DNA from: a bacterium
GTDB taxonomy: Bacteria > Patescibacteriota > Minisyncoccia > JACQLN01
Length of the DNA stretch: 64,000 nt
NCBI GenBank assembly: GCA_030697795.1
Contig: JAUYOV010000007.1
Coordinates: forward strand, 73,810 to 137,809
Reading direction: 5' to 3'
Numbering within the stretch: the first letter of the stretch is position 1; every line of letters begins with the position of its first letter. Made by a program: the position numbers and the translations under genes. This document shows, in pieces, positions 26,465 to 34,643 of the stretch. The notes under the pieces are model-generated. The model saw only the letters and a list, made by a program, of their open reading frames with translations, made no database searches and was not told the DNA's origin.

Positions 26465-26552
26465 GCACGAAGCACGAAGCACGAAATCCGAAACATTTTG
26501 AATTTAGAATTTGGGATTTGTTTCGAATTTCGAATTTCGATATTCGAATTTA
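26465..26552. repeat. Inverted-repeat intergenic element, CGAAAT/GCACGAA-unit family (copy 1)
   Basis: gcacgaagcacgaagcacgaaatccgaaaca ... tgtttcgaatttcgaatttcgatattcgaattt. Similar modules at 48786-48879 and 50866-50990. Confidence 0.65.
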
Positions 26553-26621
26553 AGAAAATTGCCTCCAGCTTCTTCAACAACCCAAGAACCTAAAAGTGCT
26601 CCGGCTTACAAAATAAGAACT

Positions 26622-28001
26622 ATGGCCGGCGATATTGAAGCCCTCAAAAAAGGCTCGGTGCCTTCGCATTCAGAAATAAAAATAGACCCAGCCATCGTAC
26701 CTCAAAACAACAATATTAAATTATCTTTTCCTAAATTAGAACCTTTAAAACAAGAAGAAAAACCTACTATAAAACCTATATCGATGGGAACAGCCAACCC
26801 AAAAGAGGAAATACCAAAACCAATAATAACGCCTCCTGTTTATAAACCATTAGTTTCTCCTCCTCCGCTCTCTCCTAAGCAACCTCAACCTTTTGAAAAT
26901 CCAATCAAAAAACCTATTATGCCTCCGGAAAATTTAAATCAACAACGTGTTCAAGCTCCACCGCTGGGCTTACCAACAGAGCCATCAACACCTCCGCGCC
27001 CAACAACCACACCTATGAGGCCACTAACACCGCCTCCAATATACCAACAAGCGCCAAAACTACCCCCGCTACCTCCTTTACCAGTATCAAGGCCAAACCT
27101 GCCACCCTTGCCACCTATACCATCAAGACAGGCAATCCAAATGCCTTCTTTACCTTCCAGAGGTGGTAAGAGTAAGTTGATTTTGATTGGAATTGTATCG
27201 GTTTTAATTTTATCTTTTGTGGCTGGAGAAATATGGTGGTTCTTTTTAAGACAAACCCCAGCAACCGAACAAGCGACCACGCAAGATATTTTGCCCCCAC
27301 CCCAAGAACTTCAGCCTCTTTTACCGGTTGAAGAAGCCCCAGCAATAACAGACACCTCAACTGAAACAGTAATCCCCGCCGTACCGGCAGGACTTCTTTC
27401 TTATAATCAATCAGAACAAATTGTAAGTGTTGCCAATATAAAAACCTTAAATAGTGATTCTGTAGCGGAAAATGCCTTTGTTAGGCTAATGGTTGAGCAG
27501 AGCATAGTTGATAAAACAACGAGTGAAGCTTCAACTTCAGAAATAACGACTATAGACGAGCTACTGACGGCTTTAAAAATTAAGATACCTGCTTCGGTAA
27601 AAAAAGAACTATCTGAAGAATTTGATGTGTTTGCTTTTGGAGGAAACACATTCGATAAAACCGAATGTGAAAAAATAAAAAATACTTCTCCTTCTTGTTA
27701 CGGGCCAAGATTGGGTCTCGCTTTAAAGGTTTTAGATTCTGCTAAAATGAACCCCTTGCTTAAAACTTGGGAAAAAACAATGGTTACCGACCTTAAACCT
27801 ATGATACTAGCTAAAGTAGGTTCGTCGGCTAGCACTATTTTTCAATCTGGGATTTATCAAGATCAAACTATCCGCTATAAAAATTTACCCTTAAATACCA
27901 TAACAGTTGAATACGCTTTGGTGGGAAATGTTTTGATAATAACTACTTCTAAAAGCGCGGTGCTTAAAGCTATAGATTCTGTAAACGTTTCAAACCCGTA
28001 A
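26622..28001 (+). CDS. Proline-rich single-pass membrane protein with C-terminal globular domain (function unknown)
   Basis: Start at ATG MAGDIEALKKG; the track ORF extends upstream into the repeat via a non-ATG start. Long PPxP-rich region, then TM LILIGIVSVLILSFVAGEIWWFFL. Confidence 0.5.
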   Translation: MAGDIEALKKGSVPSHSEIKIDPAIVPQNNNIKLSFPKLEPLKQEEKPTIKPISMGTANPKEEIPKPIITPPVYKPLVSPPPLSPKQPQPFENPIKKPIMPPENLNQQRVQAPPLGLPTEPSTPPRPTTTPMRPLTPPPIYQQAPKLPPLPPLPVSRPNLPPLPPIPSRQAIQMPSLPSRGGKSKLILIGIVSVLILSFVAGEIWWFFLRQTPATEQATTQDILPPPQELQPLLPVEEAPAITDTSTETVIPAVPAGLLSYNQSEQIVSVANIKTLNSDSVAENAFVRLMVEQSIVDKTTSEASTSEITTIDELLTALKIKIPASVKKELSEEFDVFAFGGNTFDKTECEKIKNTSPSCYGPRLGLALKVLDSAKMNPLLKTWEKTMVTDLKPMILAKVGSSASTIFQSGIYQDQTIRYKNLPLNTITVEYALVGNVLIITTSKSAVLKAIDSVNVSNP

Positions 28002-28003
28002 CT

Positions 28004-28714
28004 ATGTTAGAAAAAGATTATAAAATATCTCTACTAAAAAAATTTTTACCAATACTAATAAACTGTCCCTATACTCGCGCAATTTTTTTAGCGGGCTCTA
28101 CCGCAGTAGGTAATCCCAAACCGGAAAGCGATATAGATTTAATAATAATTTCTCAAGAAAAAAGAGTCTGGTTAAACAGACTCTTTTTAGAACTAGCAAC
28201 TTTTATTTTTGGTAAAAAAAGATCAGGAAAAAAAATAAAAAATAGATTTTGTTTTAATATTTTTTTAGCCAACGCTTCGCCCTTATTACCCCACCAAGAT
28301 CTGATAGGCGCCAGTTTTTATAAAAATATAAAACCGGTCTGGGGCAGTGAAATTGAAATAAAAAAATTTTGGAGTGAAAACTTTTGGCTGAAAAACTTTT
28401 ATGAAAATGATTTTGAAAATGAAAAAAGTTTTTTAATCAAATATGATAATAAGAAAATCTGGCTTAAAAATATTTTAGAAAAAGTTTTAGAAAAAATTCG
28501 CCTGGGAAATATTTTAGAAAAAGTTTCTTACCAAACGCAAACCTATTATTTAAAAAAGATATTTGAAAAAAAGGTTTTTAATAAAAATTCTAAAAAATAT
28601 GACTTCGAAATTACCCCGGATTTAATCGCTTATCACTTTCCAATATCAAATCACTTTAAAGCCTCTTTGGGGTTATCCACTAAAAAGGAGAATTCAACCT
28701 CTGTGGAAAATTAG
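28004..28714 (+). CDS. Nucleotidyltransferase-domain protein (Pol-beta superfamily)
   Basis: 236 aa. AGSTAVGNPKPESDIDLIII has the GS...D.D motif. Confidence 0.45.
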   Translation: MLEKDYKISLLKKFLPILINCPYTRAIFLAGSTAVGNPKPESDIDLIIISQEKRVWLNRLFLELATFIFGKKRSGKKIKNRFCFNIFLANASPLLPHQDLIGASFYKNIKPVWGSEIEIKKFWSENFWLKNFYENDFENEKSFLIKYDNKKIWLKNILEKVLEKIRLGNILEKVSYQTQTYYLKKIFEKKVFNKNSKKYDFEITPDLIAYHFPISNHFKASLGLSTKKENSTSVEN

Positions 28715-28989
28715 CTGTTCTACATATATTTTTAGCTAATATTGTTCAAAAAAGCCAAGCATCCATCGGACGATTAACTTGCTGACAGCTCTCGACAGCA
28801 TTTTAAGATTCTGTTGTATTTACTTTTGAAGAACGAAGTGAGAAAATTAGATAGTTCTAACTAGTTCAATGTTTTTCTCGATGCCAGCTGGTCACAATGT
28901 TGGTGTCACTTGCTCTTTATTATTCCTTATTATATAGGATGAATTTGTTAGAACTCTAAGGTGTCCGTATTTAAATTGGGATACCCTAG

Positions 28990-29320
28990 AAATTTTTTCT
29001 TGCAGCAAAAAAACTGCTTGAATCTTGTTGGGTCGGTTCCGACCCAAATATAAATTAGTGGTCGCTAGAACCGGCTCCAACATATCCCCTCCGATAATAA
29101 TCGGGGAACAACGTTGTTCCGAGCCTAGAACGGAACAGGCAAATGTTTCTGTTAGTATAATCTTTCAGTTATGGATTGCTCTTTCTAAAAAAATAAAGGG
29201 AACAAGAGAAAAGTAATTTTCTCTTGGAGGCATAATGCCTCACACAGGGTGCTTAAACAATCTAGCAGTTTGGAAAAAAACAAACTGCGCAACCGGCTCG
29301 TTCCAGAGCCGGTTTTTTTA
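28990..29320 (+). ncRNA. Candidate structured non-coding RNA (unassigned family) ending in an intrinsic terminator
   Basis: About 770 bp with no credible ORF. Multiple perfect hairpins (gggtcggttccgaccc; ggaacaacgttgttcc; gaggcataatgcctc). Terminator ccggctcgttccagagccgg+T7 at 29293-29320. Confidence 0.25.
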
Positions 29321-29440
29321 TTGTTTATCTATGAGCGAAGCGAATAGTTATAAACAATAACCCGCTTAAGTTTTTGTTTTACAAAAATTTTGGCGGGTTA
29401 TAATATTAAAATAATATAATTTTTCTCTCCTGCAAGTATG

Positions 29441-29478
29441 AAAAATCCGCGCTCTTTGTAGAGCGCGGATTATTTTTT
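29441..29478. terminator. Bidirectional terminator
   Basis: aatccgcgctctttgtagagcgcggatt hairpin flanked by A5/T6 runs. Confidence 0.65.
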
Positions 29479-29488
29479 GGAACTAGTT

Positions 29489-30397
29489 TTAAAACCTGAA
29501 TATCACCGAGAGCTGACCGCCTTTGGGAAGATCATCGGCAAATCTAGACATAAGTTTCACATCTATATTTTTTGTGTAGTATCTTATTCCCGGTGTAAAA
29601 ATGTTTTCTCGCCCTCTAAGATTTTCATATCTTGCTGTAAAAATACAGTCTGGCGCAATCATCTTGCCGTAATTAAAAAACCATTGAATATCTTCTCCAA
29701 AACCAACAGCTTCGAAAGATATATTTTCAGAACTTCCTTTCCGCCATTTGACTGCTGCCGCCCAAAGATTATCTCTGGTACGGCTCCAACGATAACTGCC
29801 AGAAAGTCCTAGGCCGGCTGGCAAATCTAAAATCGCTTTGGAATAGAGATGGATCTTGCCATCTTTTTGTTCACGCATAACTCCGCCCTCACGTTCGCCC
29901 AAAAAAGAGGCAAGCGACCAGCGAAGTCTTTTTTCTATAAAATCAATCTGTGCGCCATCATCTCTGTACACCAATTGACCAAAAATCGATGAATATCCAA
30001 TCAAGTTTAGCTGATCAGGGTACTTCAACCATTCCTCCGCAAATGGAGGAGCGAAACGGCCCACAGTGACTTTACTGATCGCCTTAATTACCTTAAAAGG
30101 ATTTGCGCACTTGATACTAGCCTGCTTGACCTCTATCTTTCCACGAGACACCACTGTGGAAACCTCCATATAGGAATATTGGATATCTTTGGGATGGCCA
30201 ATATTTTTCATTCCGTTTATCCAAAGATCTCCTAAGGCAAGATGGTTATCGCTATTTGCACGCTTGTGCTCATAGTTGTAACCCAAACTCACAAATCCAT
30301 CAAAATAAACAGAGTCTCCTCTAGCCACAAAGGCAGAGGCGGTTCTCGGTAAAAACGTGAAAATCGCCAATAAAGCCATTAAAACAGCCTGTTTCAT
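29489..30397 (-). CDS. Secreted beta-barrel OMP/porin-like protein (GC-richer; C-terminal Phe beta-signal)
   Basis: 302 aa. Signal peptide MKQAVLMALLAIFTFLPRTASA. Alternating hydrophobic pattern. C-terminus ...GQLSVIFRF ends in F like BAM-dependent outer-membrane proteins. Confidence 0.4.
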   Translation of the reverse strand: MKQAVLMALLAIFTFLPRTASAFVARGDSVYFDGFVSLGYNYEHKRANSDNHLALGDLWINGMKNIGHPKDIQYSYMEVSTVVSRGKIEVKQASIKCANPFKVIKAISKVTVGRFAPPFAEEWLKYPDQLNLIGYSSIFGQLVYRDDGAQIDFIEKRLRWSLASFLGEREGGVMREQKDGKIHLYSKAILDLPAGLGLSGSYRWSRTRDNLWAAAVKWRKGSSENISFEAVGFGEDIQWFFNYGKMIAPDCIFTARYENLRGRENIFTPGIRYYTKNIDVKLMSRFADDLPKGGQLSVIFRF

Positions 30398-30528
30398 ACA
30401 TCAAACTCCTTATTATGGGGTAAGTTTATAAGGTTCTATCCATTTTCAGTGTCGTTATATATAAGCACAATACCTAAAACACGGCAAATGAGCTTTTAAT
30501 CTTTGAAGCAATAAAATATAATGGGGGT

Positions 30529-30876
30529 ATGAATCAGGAACTAATGAAAGAGCTAGGCTCGCTTTTAGAAAAAGAAAAGAAAGCTTTAACCGAAGAGCTG
30601 GGTACTTTTGCTCACCCCGACAAAAACGTAAAAGGCGATTGGGATGCTAACTACGAAAACTTAGGCGATGGTTGGGATGAAAATGCTCAAGAAGTAACTG
30701 AATACGCCACACGGCTACCTATGGAACATAACTTAGAAACAAGGTTGCAAGATATTAACGATGCGCTAGAAAAAATAAAAAATAACGCTTTTGGTATTTG
30801 TGAAAAATGCGGAGAAGCGATTGATGTTGAAAGATTAAGAGCTGAACCGGCAGCGAGAGTATGTGTTCAACATTAA
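30529..30876 (+). CDS. DksA/TraR-family C4 zinc-finger protein
   Basis: 115 aa. N-terminal coiled coil, C-terminal CEKCGEAIDVERLRAEPAARVC Cys4 finger. Confidence 0.7.
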   Translation: MNQELMKELGSLLEKEKKALTEELGTFAHPDKNVKGDWDANYENLGDGWDENAQEVTEYATRLPMEHNLETRLQDINDALEKIKNNAFGICEKCGEAIDVERLRAEPAARVCVQH

Positions 30877-30963
30877 AATCAAAAATTAAATAGTAAATAT
30901 TAAAAATACATATAAAAATATCAAATTTTGATTTTTTATATTTTATATTTTATTTTGTAAATC

Positions 30964-32481
30964 GTGCCCAGTAAAATTTATTCCGCCGCCCTAGTCGGCT
31001 TAGAGGCCCAACCCGTAGAAGTTGAAGTAGACATGGCTCGAGGTCTACATATTTTTAATATTGTAGGCCTGCCAGATAAAGCCATAGAAGAAGCTAAAGA
31101 CAGAGTTTCGGCGGCTATAAAAAACACAAAATTAATTCCGCCCAATCAATCTAACCGCAGGGTAATTGTTAATTTAGCTCCGGCCGATTTAAAAAAAGAA
31201 GGGCCAAAATACGACCTGCCCATTGCTCTCGCTTATCTTTTGGTTTCTAGGCAGATTAATTTTAACCCTGAAGGAAAGATATTTATAGGCGAATTAGCTT
31301 TAGACGGGTCTATTCGGCCTGTTTTTGGCGTTATGCCAATAGCGCTTATGGCCAAAGCCTATGGCGCCAAAGAAATTTATGTGCCCAAAGAAAATGCCCA
31401 AGAAGCGGGATTAGTTGATGGCCTAGCTGTCTATCCGTTAAAGAATCTAGCCGAAGCCTGCGAGCATTTTTCTAAAAGAAAAATAATAAAACCCATAGAT
31501 CCAGTTATACTCGAGCCTATTAAACAAGAATATGAACACGACTTTGCTTTTATTAAAGACCAAGATTTTGCTAAACGCGCTTTGGAAATTGCGGCCGCCG
31601 GTAGCCACAATGTGCTTATGTCTGGCCCGCCAGGAAGCGGCAAAACATTGCTAGCAAGAGCCCTAGTTTCTATATTGCCAGCTATGACTAAGGAAGAAAT
31701 TTTGGAAACTACAAGAATTTTTTCGGTAGCTGGCTTAATTAGCCACCAAGAACCTTTAATAAGAACTCGGCCATTTAGATCGCCCCACCATACTTCTTCG
31801 GCCGCAGCTTTAGTGGGTGGAGGCAGTATACCCCGCCCCGGCGAGATAACTTTGTCGCACCGCGGTGTTTTGTTTTTAGACGAGTTTCCAGAATTTAATC
31901 GCGACGTTTTAGAAAGCTTGCGCCAACCCTTAGAAGACGGCGTTGTTACGGTTTCGCGCGTAAAAGGCAGTTTAACTTTTCCCGCCAAGTTTATTTTAAC
32001 CGCTACTATGAACCCGTGCCCCTGCGGTTTTTTAAACGACCAGCAAAAAGAATGTGTCTGCACGCCTTTTCAGGTTCAAAAATACAAACGTAAAATTTCT
32101 GGCCCATTATTAGATAGGATTGACCTTCATGTGGAAGTGCCTAGGGTAAAATACGAAAAATTAGCTTCGGAAAGCGTAGCCGAAGCTTCTAATAAAATTA
32201 GGGAGAGAGTGGAAACAGCTAGAAAAATTCAGCGTGAAAGATATAAAAATTTTTCTTTCGCCACCAACGGCGAAATGCGGTTAAAAGATATAAAACTATT
32301 TTGCCGTATAGATGAACAATGCCAAGAGCTTATCAAAACCGCGGTTTATAAATATAATCTTTCCGCTCGCGCCTACCACCGAGTTTTAAAACTCGCCCGC
32401 ACCATCGCCGACCTAGGCGAATCGGAAAATATTGCCCCCGACCATATTAACGAGGCTTTGCAGTATCGACCACAGAGTTAG
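30964..32481 (+). CDS. comM: YifB/ComM-family Mg-chelatase-like AAA+ ATPase
   Basis: 505 aa. N-terminal Lon-like domain, Walker A GPPGSGKT, C-terminal chelatase domain. GTG start. Confidence 0.85.
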   Translation: MPSKIYSAALVGLEAQPVEVEVDMARGLHIFNIVGLPDKAIEEAKDRVSAAIKNTKLIPPNQSNRRVIVNLAPADLKKEGPKYDLPIALAYLLVSRQINFNPEGKIFIGELALDGSIRPVFGVMPIALMAKAYGAKEIYVPKENAQEAGLVDGLAVYPLKNLAEACEHFSKRKIIKPIDPVILEPIKQEYEHDFAFIKDQDFAKRALEIAAAGSHNVLMSGPPGSGKTLLARALVSILPAMTKEEILETTRIFSVAGLISHQEPLIRTRPFRSPHHTSSAAALVGGGSIPRPGEITLSHRGVLFLDEFPEFNRDVLESLRQPLEDGVVTVSRVKGSLTFPAKFILTATMNPCPCGFLNDQQKECVCTPFQVQKYKRKISGPLLDRIDLHVEVPRVKYEKLASESVAEASNKIRERVETARKIQRERYKNFSFATNGEMRLKDIKLFCRIDEQCQELIKTAVYKYNLSARAYHRVLKLARTIADLGESENIAPDHINEALQYRPQS

Positions 32482-32520
32482 AATTGACGTAGAACTAACC
32501 ATTGTATATACTTTGGTTAT

Positions 32521-32799
32521 ATGTCAAAAACTGTAATAAACATCAAAACCGAAAAAGAAGTAAAAAACCTAGTTCAAAAACTAGCTAAGGATTTGGGCTT
32601 ATCTTTGAGCGATGTAATGAATGCGGCCTTAAGAAATTTTATCCGTAGCCGCGAGGTTTATTTTTCCCATATTCCGCAAATGACACCAGAATTTGAAAGG
32701 CTTTTAGGCGACATTGAAAAAGATATACAGATAAAAAAGAACCTGTCGCCAGCTTTTGATTCGGCCGACAAGGCTATAAAATATCTTAATTCTCTATGA
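32521..32799 (+). CDS. dinJ: DinJ/RelB-family antitoxin
   Basis: 92 aa. INIKTEKEVKNLVQKLAKDLGLSLSDVMNAALRNFI is RHH-type. 4-nt overlap with the toxin gene. Confidence 0.6.
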   Translation: MSKTVINIKTEKEVKNLVQKLAKDLGLSLSDVMNAALRNFIRSREVYFSHIPQMTPEFERLLGDIEKDIQIKKNLSPAFDSADKAIKYLNSL

Positions 32800-33056
32800 T
32801 TATTCTTTTTCATAGAAATTTCAAAAAACAGTTTCAGAAATTAAAAGCGGGCGAGAAATCTAAATTAAAAGAAAGGCTAGAACTTTTTCTGGTGGATATA
32901 TTTAACCCTAGCCTAAATAATCATCCGCTTAAAGGTAAATATGCCGGTTATAGAAGCATAAACATAAGCGGCGATTTAAGAGCTATATATAAACAAAATA
33001 CTAAAGACGCAGCCATCTTTGTAGCTGTTGATAGCCATAATCATCTATACCAATAA
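32796..33056 (+). CDS. yafQ: YafQ-family (RelE superfamily) toxin
   Basis: 86 aa. ...LKGKYAGYRSINISGDLRAIYKQ...VAVDSHNHLYQ resembles the YafQ C-terminal ...GSHSDLF. Confidence 0.6.
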   Translation: MIILFHRNFKKQFQKLKAGEKSKLKERLELFLVDIFNPSLNNHPLKGKYAGYRSINISGDLRAIYKQNTKDAAIFVAVDSHNHLYQ

Positions 33057-33057
33057 A

Positions 33058-33096
33058 CAAAAACCGCATGGTTCGCCCAGCGGTTTTTTATTTTAT
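33058..33096. terminator. Putative bidirectional terminator
   Basis: aaaaccgc...gcggtttttt with 13-nt loop. Weaker than the others. Confidence 0.35.
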
Positions 33097-33118
33097 ATAT
33101 TAATTACTACTTTCAATA

Positions 33119-34225
33119 TTAATTCACAAAAGGATTTCTGGCGCCTCTAACTTCAAAGTGCACGTGGCAACCTGTAGTATTACCGGTGGAACCCATCAAG
33201 GCAATGGTTTGGCCCTTAGTTGCAAATTGGCCTTCGCTAATTAATAATTGCGAAGCGTGAGCGTAAAGAGTAATAGTGTTATTATCGTGAGCTATTTTTA
33301 TATATTTGCCGTAGCCACCATTCCAGCCTTGAGCATCGGCTGTAATAATTGTACCCGCCGCCGAAGCATAAAGCGGTGTGTTGCACCATTCGCGCCCACC
33401 AATATCCACGGCGTTAAATCTGTGTAAACCAAATGTTTTTCGCCCATTAGACGGGTAACCGTAATAACCCGTAAGATTTGGCAAACTTTCGGCCGGCGGA
33501 TTTTTGGCTGGAGCGTATTTTGCGCTTATAGGTACGTGATATTCGCCGCCAGGAATTGTTAAAATTTGCCCCGACACTATTTTGCCGTCGTCCGGTAAAT
33601 CGTTAAAAGCCAATATTCTAGCTTCATCGGCATTGTATTTAATGGCGATAGATTTAATAGTGTCTCCAGATTTTACCGTGTGCCTTACACCATCAACTGG
33701 TAAAACCGAAAGTTTATCGCCAATTTTTAATTTTGTGCCCCTAGGCAAGTTATTAGCGCTAAGCAGAGTAGCCACTGAAATTCCAAAATCATCTGCTATA
33801 GATTCCAAACTATCGCCCGATTCAACTTCGTAAGTAAGAATGTTGCCATCGGACAGAGAACCTTCGGCGCTAGCTGGAATTATGGCTAGCACCGAGCCTT
33901 GCGCTACTAAAGCGTTGCCCACGGTTTCCAAACTAACAGAATTTAAACTTTCGTCTGGACCGCCTAAAGCGCCGTTAGAATTTGTGCCACGGAAAATACC
34001 GCTAATTTTACTTTCCAAATTACCGGCAAAAAGAATAGCCGAAGTTACGGGAGATTCTTGAGGTATTATTTTTTTAATAAAACTTTCGTCTTCGGTATCT
34101 ATTTCTTCTACTATATTTTTATTAGCCGAATCTAAACTGGCAGAATCATTGCCAGAAAAAAACAAAATTGAGACAGAAAAAAACATAACAAAAAAAGCTA
34201 GTATATAAACCAGCTTTTTAGACAA
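33119..34225 (-). CDS. LysM-domain M23-family peptidoglycan metalloendopeptidase
   Basis: 368 aa. N-terminal TM. Two LysM repeats (GDSLESIADDFGISVATLLSANNL; GDTIKSIAIKYNADEARILAFNDL). C-terminal M23 motifs (GYGKYIKIAHDNN...HVHFEV). Confidence 0.8.
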   Translation of the reverse strand: MSKKLVYILAFFVMFFSVSILFFSGNDSASLDSANKNIVEEIDTEDESFIKKIIPQESPVTSAILFAGNLESKISGIFRGTNSNGALGGPDESLNSVSLETVGNALVAQGSVLAIIPASAEGSLSDGNILTYEVESGDSLESIADDFGISVATLLSANNLPRGTKLKIGDKLSVLPVDGVRHTVKSGDTIKSIAIKYNADEARILAFNDLPDDGKIVSGQILTIPGGEYHVPISAKYAPAKNPPAESLPNLTGYYGYPSNGRKTFGLHRFNAVDIGGREWCNTPLYASAAGTIITADAQGWNGGYGKYIKIAHDNNTITLYAHASQLLISEGQFATKGQTIALMGSTGNTTGCHVHFEVRGARNPFVN

Positions 34226-34507
34226 AGAAAAACTTAAAAATAAAACTCGCTTACCCCTTAGAGCAGTCAGAAGATTTTCAAAAAAAGATGAAATTTTATA
34301 CCAAATACTAATCGGATATTGACCTTTACTTAACTAATCTGGTTTAGATAACTATTCTAACCCCAAAATAGGTGGGTATTGGCCTAACAAGCTTACTTAA
34401 GCACAAAACCCTGGTGGGCAGGGTTGTAGGTAAATACTAGCTTTTTTGAGAAGTAAGGTCAATTAGGATATTCCACAGACTACAGCCAAAACACAAGGCT
34501 AGGAAAT

Positions 34508-34618
34508 GTCTAATTTCTAATATCTAATCAATGACTAATTCCAAAATGGCTAATTTTAAAATTTGATCATTAGGCATTAGGATTTGATTAGAAATTAGAA
34601 ATTGGTAATTAGAAATTT
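34508..34618. repeat. Inverted-repeat intergenic element, TCTAAT-unit family (copy 3)
   Basis: gtctaatttctaatatctaatcaatgactaatt ... ggatttgattagaaattagaaattggtaattagaaatt. Confidence 0.7.
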
Positions 34619-34643
34619 TATTATGATCTGCTATAATTTTGTG

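Noticed and set aside
26511-26621. Upstream extension of the Pro-rich protein ORF (track start 26511)
   Set aside because: The extension is translated from the CGAAAT-type repeat (gives FEFRYSNLRK...) and begins at a non-ATG codon. The first ATG (26622, MAGDIEALKKG) is a more plausible start.
28715-29490. tmRNA, SRP RNA or RNase P RNA identity for the ORF-free structured region
   Set aside because: No tRNA-like 3' terminus (GGTTCGAnTCC...CCA) or tag ORF for tmRNA, no domain-IV GGAA motif for SRP RNA, and no GGAAAGTCCGGGCTCC / AGGGTGAAA motifs for RNase P RNA were visible. Left as an unassigned ncRNA candidate only.
34226-34500. Long-range inverted repeat attgacctttactt ... aagtaaggtcaat (34316-34470) upstream of the M23 peptidase gene
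   Set aside because: Only about 13 bp arms with a mismatch. It could be chance in AT-rich DNA or a promoter-region element, and is too weak to call.
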